Origin: Octopus vulgaris
Taxonomy: Eukaryota
Length of the DNA: 64,000 nucleotides
Direction of reading: 5' to 3'
Assembly (NCBI GenBank): GCA_951406725.2
Contig: OX597815.1
Coordinates: 144,894,001 to 144,958,000 of the forward strand
Positions 28,200 through 64,000 of the stretch are shown piece by piece. Numbering within the stretch: the first letter of the stretch is position 1; each line of letters opens with the position of its first letter. The notes under the pieces were generated by a model. It had not been told where the DNA came from. It ran no database searches and was given only the letters and a program-made list of their open reading frames with translations. Made by a program: the position numbers and the translations under genes.

Positions 28200-28531
28200 T
28201 AAAAAAAAAAAGACTCCGCCGGTTACGACGACGAGGGTCCCAGCTGATACGATCAACGGAACAGCTTGCTCGTGAAATTAACGTGCAAATGGCTGAGCAT
28301 TCCACAGACACGTGTACCCTTAACGTAGTTCTCGGGGATAATCAGCGTGACACAGAGAGTGACAAGGCTGACCCTTTGAAATACAAGTACAACTCATTTT
28401 TGCCAGCTGAGTGGACTGGAGCAACGTGAAATAAAGTGTCTTGCTCAAGGACACAACGCGTCGCCGGGAATCGAACTCACAACCTTACGATCATGAGCCG
28501 AATGCCCTAACCACTAAGCCACGCGCCCTCA
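28200..28531 (-). mobile_element. tRNA-derived SINE family C, young CpG-rich copy inserted in an RTE 3' tail
   Basis: The - strand reads GGGCGCGTGGCTTAGTGGTTAGGGCATTCGG...GAGTTCGATTCCCGG, then TGTGTCCTTGAGCAAGACAC...CCACTCAGCTGG. An older copy lies at about 56060-56298. Confidence 0.8.
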
Positions 28532-28727
28532 CACAAGTGCTAGTAAGGCGACGCTGGTAACGATCATGCTCGAATGATGCTTTTTACATGCCACCGGCAC
28601 GGGAACTAGTCAGCAGCCTTGCCAACGATCACGCTTGGATGGTGCTCTTAGCGCTCCACTAGCACAGATGCCAGTCATGCGGTGCTGTCATCGAATTTGA
28701 TTATATATATACATCATTACTTGATAT

Positions 28728-28850
28728 ATATTATTTACATTTGACAGATATTTGTCCTCATCTTGTTTGTTGTTAACACAACGTTTTGGCTGATATACCC
28801 TCCAGCCTTCATTAGGTGTCTTGGGGTATTTTTCGATGTTATTATTATTC
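28728..28850 (-). mobile_element. Fragment of the same Penelope-like terminal repeat
   Basis: Aligns by eye with 4520-4660; hammerhead core decayed (CTAATGA, AAAA). Confidence 0.7.
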
Positions 28851-29423
28851 ATATTGTTTTTTTTTCCTTCTTTCTTCAAATTTTCTTCCATTTCTGGCCG
28901 AGTGTTTTCCGTACACCTAGGCCAGAGAAGCTCATTGTATGCATTCTCAGATTACACACGCAAATTCACAGGTAAAATATGTATTTAAAAAAATAAATTC
29001 ATGAATGGATGTTGTTTTCACAGCGATAATGCTCTTCTCAGTACATGCTCGAAATAAAAATATAAAATAGTGACACTTTTCCCATTGTACCCTGTATACA
29101 CACACACACACACACGAGTAAAACGCCCCACCGTCCAATGGACGGTACTTAGTTGTCAAACATTTAAACCAAATTTTCTCAAAACAACTTGTCCGACCGT
29201 CCCATAGGCCTCCCCTTTGAGAAACAACTGATTTAACCTAAATTTGAGACACCAGCAAAACGATTTTCCAAAGAAAAATGATTTCCCACTGCTTTATCGA
29301 TTGCGTTCCCACCTGGAATCGATTTTTGTAATTTTTTCAAGACTTATACACGCCCTGATACCGTTGGTATCTACAAATCAAATTTGAGCGCAATCGGATG
29401 GAGAGTTTCCGAGATCCTAGAAG

Positions 29424-29465
<42 letters not shown>

Positions 29466-32400
29466 ACATGCAGTCATCTTTCCAATGTCTGTAATATAAA
29501 TCCTAGTTAGTCAAAGAGTGGAGTTGATAGGACTGGCTCCACTCTTCACCAACAGCTTTGACAATGTGCCTCTGCTATAAATCATAACAGCTGATAATCC
29601 TTTATCTGAAACATAGAGAGGTGATACAAATGGAAAATTCCAGAAAGCACTTGGAAAATTCCCAGGAAACACACAGATGTTGCTAGCTACGTGGAGAAAC
29701 ATCAGTTGCTGTGAAGTAACGTCATCCTGTCCGGGTTGGACGAAAATGAAAATTACGGATGTGCTTTGAGAGACTCACATGTTTGTAACTGGGTTGGCGC
29801 CTGATTTCTGTAAAAGGGCCTCGGATTTTCGGAAAAGTAATTCCTACTTTATGGAGAAGAAAAAGAGAAAAAGAATTTATTGTTTCCAACGTTTGAGAAT
29901 ATTCATGTGTTTCATGCAATGTGAGTTATGATTGTGTAAAACTTTGTTATGAAAAATTAAAATATTTTTACATCGCCACCCTCGCATTCAATGTCCGTTT
30001 TCTTTTCCTATGCGGAAGTGTTAGCTATTACGAAACTATTCTACAGTACCATTATAAATTCTTTTAAGAAAAAAAACAAAACAAAACAAAAGAAAAGCGA
30101 TGTTAGACTTGGGCAACGCCCTTGAACTCTCATTTCATAGTCAAATATACACTCATTTCGAAATCCGAAACCCTTGAAGTCCCAAGAATATCCGTTTCTA
30201 CTCTGGGAACAAGCCCCGAAATTTTGGGGAAGGGACCAGTCGATTAAATCGACCCCAGTACGCAACTGGTACTTAATTTTCGGAATTTGGCGGAATATGA
30301 ACTTAGAACGTAGCGGCAGACAAAATACCTATTTCTTTACTACTCACAAGGGGCTAAACACAGAGAAGACAAACAAGGAAAGACAAACGGATTAAGTCGA
30401 TTATATCGACTCCAGTGCGTAACTGGTACTTATTTTATCGACCCCGAAAGGATGAAAGGCAAAGTCGACCTCGGCGGAATTTGAACTCAGAACGTAGTGG
30501 CAGACGAAATACAGCTACGCATTTCGCCCGGCGTACTAACGTTTCTGTCAGCTCGCAGCCAAGCACATCGGCTAAAGAATATATAACATTGATGAATTTT
30601 AGCAGTATGGTGTATGGGGAAGTAACTCCTATTTAAGTGACAATAAGCCAACACCTGTTGTCTCCCTTATATGTATTTCTCAATTGAATTACGGCAGCAA
30701 TTTTGTCAGGGAACAGGAACATACATCAGCAGGAATATCAAATATTGGTTTCGCGGGAGGGGGCAAGTTGATTATATCGACATGAGAGTTTAGGGGCGTT
30801 ACCCAAGTCTAAATATTTGTTTGACACAAATGAAGTTTAAATGTTGAAATGAAACTAGCAGTTTTTGTGTGTTCTTGAATGGCTTGCAAATATATTCCAC
30901 GCTGCAATTGCTTTTGTTTCTGCACACGATCCCAGATCAAGTCACTTGCTATGCAAGTACATCTCCGTAAATTGAATTAATATTTGATGTTCCTAAAGCG
31001 GCAAGTTAGCAGAATCGTTTGCTCGTCGGCCAAAATACTTAACGACATTTCGTCTGTCTTTGTGCTCTGACTTCCAACATCACCTTGCCTTTAATCATTT
31101 CGGGATCGATAAAATAAGTACCAGTTGAGTACTGGAGTCGATATAATCAACTTGCCCCCTCCCACGAAACCAATATTTGATATTCTTGCTGACGTATGAT
31201 TTTTGTTTATAAATAAATAATTTGAAAAGCCAACTTACAATATATAACAAAAACTTCTTTAAATGATTATTCCGGAGCATATTCACCATCTACTTCAATT
31301 ACTGCTTCCCATTTGCTTGGCAGACGGCCAGACCGTCATTTAAAGATGTTTTTGTGAAATATTGTTGTTTTTGTTGAAAAGAAGCCGCAATAATTATGCA
31401 CCAAAACAATATATATATATATTCCCTTTATATATATTAACGGGAAAGATTTGATAATCTTCGAACGTTCAAGGAAATTTCAGAAGCGAATTGCAAAACA
31501 GACGAGCCTTTACATCAAGGTTGCTTGGAGTTTCGCGGAACAATAGTAGTGTTCCACAAGATAAAGAGGTCTTTCGATAAAATCTAGTAAAAGCTGTTTT
31601 ATAAAAGAAATGCCATTCACCTTTTTCATAAAGAGTTATTGAGATTCTTTTAGGTTTGGAATTTCAAAGACAGTAATAACAAAAGCAAAATGCAAAACTT
31701 TTTTGAAAAACGTAATCTCTGACGAAGTGAGAAAAAAAAAAAGTGGTGAAAAATTTAGATAGAGTTGCGGGAAAATTAAAAATCTGTAAAACTGAGTTTT
31801 GTTGTTGCTAAATCCGATGAAATGTGTGATAAGTAGCTGTTGGACTCGCTGGATATTGTCAAAGTGTTCATATTGTCCCTTTCAATCTATGATTACAAAC
31901 CGAAATAATGCAAATTTATCAATTTGGGTTTTGTACCACAAACTGTCATTTTATACATGCAAATTTGCAATCTGAAAATATGAAACCCTTCTTTTGGACA
32001 AAAGACACTATTAATTTACCGGTGGTTAGAGCCTAAGCATGGAATATTTCGTATCATTTGTCCTGACTCTCTGAAATCAAATTCCATCGAAGACTAAATT
32101 TCTTCCCAATTTTTTGGCGTAGAGAATAAAGTTAAAAAAATAAACTTATCCATAGTGGTAGATTGGTTGGGACTGTGAAAACATCAGCTGACGGTTGTTT
32201 TGTCGTATTTATATGTGTTCTATGCGTTCTAAGTTCAAATCGTGGTATGACCTTTTAGACATAATCCATCATTCGGGTTTCCTTGCCCCCTAAACTGTGG
32301 TACCTCGAGCATTCGAACCAAGTCGCTAGTTAGAATGTAACTTCCTACATCCCTCGTAAAGACATCGAGGGCCATCCAAACTAAAAGACTAAATAGAAAG

Positions 32401-33221
32401 CTACAAAAATATTCTTTTCTATTCAAGGCACAAGGCCCGAAATCGACCGCAGTACGCAACTGGTACTTAATTTATCGACCCCGAAAAGATGGAAAGCAAA
32501 GTCGAGGTCGGCGGAATTTGAACTCAGAACGTAGCGGCAGACGAAATACTGCTAAGCATTCCGCCCGTCGTTCTAACGTTTCTGCCAGCTCACCGCCTTC
32601 GCAACAAAAATATTAAAAAACAAGGGAGATAACTCGTCGTTTAAGCAGGGATCATTAAGTCAACAGCTGTTACTTCCCTTAGGATCTATTTCTTGCTTTT
32701 TGTCGGTTTTACTTCTGATATGCTTGACGAATTTCTTTGCAGAGATAAACGTTTTGAAAAGTCAACCTGGGTATAGTGGTTCGATAAAAAGAAATCGATA
32801 AATAGGTATCACACTGAAATAAGCACTGATGGTCTTTTTCAAAGCGGTGTTCCAATATATTCTCAGTCCAATATTAGAAACAAGTAAAATGCATGGTGTA
32901 GAGAAATTCATAAGGCCGATATTTGCGCGAAAAAGAACAGTAAAAAACAGACCGTCTGCAATCAGTGAATTAATAAAAAAAAAAAATCCTTTCTACTAAA
33001 GGCCAGAGATTTATGGTGAGGGGACTAGTCAATTACATCTACCCCTGGGTTTCACTGGTACTTAATATGTCGACACCGAAATGAAGAAACACTAAGTCGA
33101 CTTCGGCAGAATTTGAATTCAGAACATCAAAGGCGGGCTGAATACTGTTAAGCACTTTGCTCGGCGTGCTAACAATTTTGCCAGCTCCCCGACTTAATAA
33201 ATGATAATAATAATGATGATG

Positions 33222-33687
33222 GAACCATTTTGTTGCCCAGTGTGTCTCCATCTTTCTTTAAATTGAAAATACTCTCTTCCCAGAGTTGAGGTGGTTTCAT
33301 GGCAAAGAATTCATCAAGGTATCTTTTTACGTTACCCAAGGAATTGAAATTTTTACCATTAAGACTATTCTGCAGAGACCTGAACAAGTGGAAATCCGAA
33401 GGAGTAATATCTGGTGAATATGGAGGGTGGGGTAACACATCTCAGCCGAGCAGCAGCAATTTTTGTCTGCTTCCCAAAGCATCAAATGCCGAAAATGAAC
33501 TTTCTTATCTTCCATTTTAAAGTGTTACTGAATTAACACAGGTTAATTCTGTAACTCATGAAAAGATAGCTTAAACTATGTTCTAAATAAAGGTGTAGTC
33601 AAATCCTATTTTATGGACTCAACCATGTTCTAAAATAAGTCGAAAGGTAAGGTGCTATAAATCGGCACCAACTTTCCGGACAACCCA

Positions 33688-33690
<3 letters not shown>
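33222..33690 (-). mobile_element. Internally deleted mariner element
   Basis: N-terminus MEDKKVHFRHLMLWE fused to C-terminal LPHPPYSPDITPSDFHLFRSLQNSL (mariner YSPDL motif). TIR-like TATTGGGTTGTCCGGAAAGT at the right end. Confidence 0.88.
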
Positions 33691-33718
<28 letters not shown>

Positions 33719-33968
33719 TGTATGTATGTATGTATGTATGTATGTATGTATGTACGTATGTATGTACGTATGTATGTATGTATGTGTGTGCGTATGTATG
33801 TATGTATGTACGTACGTATGTGTGTATGTACCTACGTATGTATGTATGTACGTACGTACGTATGTATGTATGTATGTACGTATGTATGTATGTACGTATG
33901 TATGTATGTACGTATGTACGTATGTACGTATGTATGTACATATGTACGTATGTATGTACGTACGTACG
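33690..33968 (+). repeat. (ATGT)n/(ACGT)n tetranucleotide microsatellite
   Basis: Direct reading. Other simple repeats include (ATGT)(GT) 8787-8935, (TCTA)(TCTG) 18758-18912, 22520-22970 and 23572-23770. Confidence 0.95.
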
Positions 33969-34684
33969 TTGTCCTCTTTTTAATTTAAAGTAAATTTTGA
34001 TAAGCCACCTATATGGTAGCAAGGTTGTGAAGAAATGCATCTTATTTTGTTCATCATACTTTAGATCTTAAGAATTGTGTTGCAGACTTTTATGGTCCCA
34101 GATATCGTGATCATTTGTAGTGCATCAGTTAAGGATTTGCATTCTACCCCCAATAACTCAAGCTCAGCCATATTTTGCTCCAGACAGGCTGGTATCTATC
34201 CTGTGGCTGTGTCATCATCATCAGCATCATCGTTTAACATCCGCTTTCCATGCTGGCATGGGTTGGACGGTTTGACTGAGGACTGGTGAGCCAGAGGCTG
34301 TACCAGACTCATTCTGATCTAGCAAAGTTTCTACAGCTGGATGCCCTTCCTAACGCCAGCCACTCTGAGAGTGTAGTGGGTGCTTTTATGTGCTACCGGC
34401 ACGAGGACCTGGCAGGCGGTTCTGGCAACGACCACATTCAAAATGTGTTCTTTACGTGCTACCTGCATGGGAGCCAGTCTAGCGGCAATGGTAACAATCA
34501 CACTCGAATGTTGTTTTTCACACGCCACCGGCACATGTGCTGGTAAGGCGACGCTGGCAACGATCACGCTCGGATGTATGTCATTATTCAGTTTATTTTA
34601 AGATTTCTTGCTAATGGAGAAGGAACCTGTTTCTAACCTAGATCCGAGGCTCCTTCATTGGAATTTCAACATCAACAACACAGC

Positions 34685-35358
34685 ATGTATGTATGTATGT
34701 ATGTATGTATGTATGTATGTATGTATGTATGTATGTATGTATGCATGTATGTATGTATGTATGTATGTATGTATGTATGTATGTATGTATGTATGTATGT
34801 ATGTATGTATGTATAAATGTATGTATGCATGCATGCATGTATGTATACTTGTATGTATGTATGCATGTAGTACGTACGTACGTATGTATGTATGTATGTA
34901 TGTATGATGTATGTATGTATGTATGTATGCATGTATGTATGTATGTATGTATGCATGCATGCATGCATGTATATATGTATGTATGTATGCATGTATGTAT
35001 GCATGTATGTATGTATACATGTAGTACGTATGTATGTATGTATGTATGTATGTATGTATGTATGTATGTATGCATGTATAAATGTATGTATGCATGCATG
35101 CATGTATGTATACTTGTATGTATGTATGCATGTAGTACGTACGTACGTATGTATGTATGTATGTATGTATGATGTATGTATGTATGTATGTATGTATGTA
35201 TGTATGTATGCATGCATGCATGCATGTATATATGTATGTATGTATGCATGTATGTATGCATGTATGTATGTATACATGTAGTACGTATGTATGTATGTAT
35301 GTATGTATGTATGTATGTATGTATGTATGTATGTATGTATGTACGTTCGTATGTATGT
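34685..35358 (+). repeat. (ATGT)n/(ATGC)n microsatellite with a ~265-bp higher-order duplication
   Basis: The same ordered series of variant units starts at TATAAATG 34812 and again at 35077. Confidence 0.9.
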
Positions 35359-35894
35359 GTGTTTGTCCCCACTACCGCCTGACAACTAGTGTTGGTGTGT
35401 TTACGTCCCCGTAACACTAGCGGTCGACAAAATTGAAGGATAAGTACCAGGCATAAAAAAAAAATATTTGGTCAATTCATTCTATTAAAAACACTCTCCA
35501 GGGCGGTGCTCTAGCACGGCCGCAATTTAGTGATTGAAACAAATAAAGGATATATTCTAATACCACAATAAATCTGTTTCCGTTGTCTTAATCTATATCT
35601 ATAAAATAATTAACACATAAAGCGCGACGGGTCACGATCCTGGCCGTCAGGCACAGGTCGACAGGCCACGTTCGTGGCCCAGACCGATGCGCGTTTGTTG
35701 GGGTCTGATGTCACTCAAACGGTCCGATACCTCACCCCCAGAATGCAAGAGGACTAATAGTTCAACTAATGACTTTTCAGATGTTTTTTTTTTTTTTATG
35801 TGTGCATGGTAGTCTCATTTTCATAGCAGTCCATGCTACGTAAGTGCAAATCCCAGCGCTTTGTAGGTAAATAAATTTCTTTGTTAGTAAATAT

Positions 35895-36070
35895 ACCAAG
35901 TCGCGTGTGACAAGGTCGTTAACTCCCAATACCGGAAGTCGGTACCTTTAAAGTTCTGGCTTCCGGTCTATCAACCGGCGCACATGTTTACGTTTGTCTT
36001 TTTGATGTTGTTATAGTGATTGATGTTGGATAAATAGCAGTTAATTTCGGTTTGGTGAAGGAAAACAAGA
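35895..36070 (+). promoter_or_regulatory. Probable TATA-less POLR3B core promoter and 5' UTR with an inverted pair of ETS motifs
   Basis: ACCGGAAGT at 35931-35939 and GCTTCCGGT at 35959-35967 in a locally CpG-rich patch 100-140 bp upstream of the ATG. Such motifs are typical of animal housekeeping promoters. The TSS is not determined. Confidence 0.65.
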
Positions 36071-62114
<26,044 letters not shown>

Positions 62115-64000
62115 GTAAGATGTAGATTGGCTGTTGTTGTTTAACACTAGGCCATCCCTCCTTGAGCAGACCAGTGATTAAAAATACTCTATCCATGACC
62201 ATCCTGTCTTTTTATAGATCTAAGACTTCAGTACCCAATGCGTCCCTCCTTTATAATTAATGTAGGGTGTTGCTTGAAAGAATTTAGCTGCTATTTTTAA
62301 CAGGTCGGGCCACCCTGTTGAAGTTACTTCTCCAATTTTCTTCTACAAAATCAATTCTGACAAGAACAAACAACTTCAAGTCTAATTTTTCTCCAATGCT
62401 TGAAATTCTAGTATTGAATACATTGCTTGATTCCATCTTGTAAATGAATCTCTTTAACTCTTTGATGCCAGTGTCTGAGACTCTTCCTGGTTCCATGGTA
62501 TACTGATACACAACTTTTATCATCATCATCATCATCATCATCATTTAACGTCCGTTTTCCATGCTAGCATGGGTTGGACGGTTCGACTGGGGTCTTGTAA
62601 GCCATGGAGGCTGCACCAGGCTCCAGTCTGATTTGGCAGTGTTTCTACAGCTGGATGCCCTTCTGAACGTCAACCACTCCGTGAGTGTAGTGGGTGTTTT
62701 TTACGTGCCACCGGCACAGGAGCCAGCGCAGGCTGGCAAACGGCTACGATCGGTTGGTGCTTTTACGTGTCACCGACACGGACGCCAGTCAGGCGACGCT
62801 AGTAACTGCTATGCTCGAACAGTGCTTTTACGTGTCACTAGCACTGGTGTCTTAACTACAATTACCATTCGAATTTTTGATGTTGACGAACAACAGGTCT
62901 CCTCAAGAACAGCGGGTCACTCAACAATCCAAATTAAACTTTTCATCACAATGTTGTAAAGTTAGAAGACTTTGCTTCAAAAACCAGCTTCTTATTCTTT
63001 TAATTTTTTTTACTTGTTTCGGTCATTTGACTGAGACCATGCTGGAGCACCGCCTTTAGTTGAACAAATTGACTTACTCTTTGCATGCCCAGTACTTATT
63101 CTACTGGTCTTTTTTGACGAACCACTAAGTTACAGGAATGTAAACACACCAACACCAGTTATCAAGTGATGGTTGGGGGGACAAACACACATACATACCC
63201 ATACACACCACAGATTTCTGCCTGAGTGGCTCCCATGCTGGTGGCACATAAAAAGTAACACTTGAGTGTGGTTATTGCTAGTGCCGCCTAACTGGCTCCT
63301 GTTCTAGTGGCATGTAAAAAGCACCATTCAAGTGTGGTCAATGCCTGTACCACCTGGCTGGCCCTTTTGCCAGTGGCACGTAAAAAGCATCCACTACACT
63401 CTTGGAGTGGTTGACGTTAGGAAGGGCATCCAGCTGTAGAAACTTTGTCAGATCAGATTGGAGTCTGGTGCAGCCTTCTGGCTTGCCAGCCCATAGTCAA
63501 ACCGTCCAGCCCATGCCAGCATGGAAAGCGGAAATTAAACGATGACGAAGACAGGCTTCTTTCAGTTTCCATCTACCAAATCCACTCACAAGGCTTCAGT
63601 TGGCCCGAGGCTATAGTAGAAGACACGTGCCCAAGGTGCCATGCAGTGGGACTGAATCCAGAACCATGTGGTTGGGAAGCAAGCTTCTTACCACACAGCC
63701 ACTCCTGCTTAATAATAAAAATTTTATTTTTCATCACCACTGCCATAATCCTCACCCCCAACCCCACCACCATCATCAGTATTGCTTTTCTTCTGCTTTT
63801 CATGCTGGCTTGGGTCGGTCAGGTTGTCATAGTGTGAGTCAGATCCTACACAGAGCTTTGCTCTCCTGGTCATGTTGGAGGACCATGTCTTGCTTGCTTG
63901 CTTGTTCTCTTTTGGTCAGGTTTCTCTGACTGGATACCCCTCCTAACACCTACCAGACTGTACTGAGTGCATTTTACTGTACTGGCACCAGTACTAGTGA

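Noticed and set aside
28460-28531. tRNA gene
   Set aside because: A and B boxes are present but there is no proper acceptor stem and it continues into a SINE body. The tRNA-like segments at 4730-4795, 55615-55680 and 61718-61786 are likewise repeat heads.
33630-35417. ORFs up to 259 aa of MYVC/HTYI repeats
   Set aside because: Stop-free (ATGT)n microsatellite artefacts; the same applies to 8626-9194 and the YLSI-type ORFs.
62284-62544. 86-aa - strand ORF in intron 12
   Set aside because: The start comes from a (CAT)n tail, and I found no recognisable domain or supporting splice structure.

Overview
AT-rich, repeat-dense eukaryotic DNA whose repeat content resembles an Octopus (coleoid cephalopod) genome; the taxon is inferred from repeat content only. 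The only host protein-coding gene I can support is the 5' part of POLR3B (RNA polymerase III second-largest subunit). It lies on the + strand as 12 GT-AG coding exons from 36071 to 62114 (1371 nt, 457 codons) and runs off the right edge. The rest is microsatellites, tRNA-derived SINEs, decayed RTE, Tx1-like and Penelope-like retroelements, and mariner/Tc1, piggyBac, hAT and MULE-like DNA transposon derivatives. The most notable structure is in POLR3B intron 1 (about 37334-39776): a young array of 360-bp units, each with a type I hammerhead ribozyme fold, i.e. a retrozyme-like element. About 2.4 units on the - strand are joined head-to-head to about 4.3 units on the + strand, and a 13-bp target-site duplication flanks the whole array. 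A diverged relative at 50981-51284 has the same inverted architecture and equivalent end points. Several other Penelope-type hammerhead-like motifs occur, one in a terminal repeat that also carries a tRNA-like Pol III promoter. All folds and family names were assigned by eye; no search or folding program was run.
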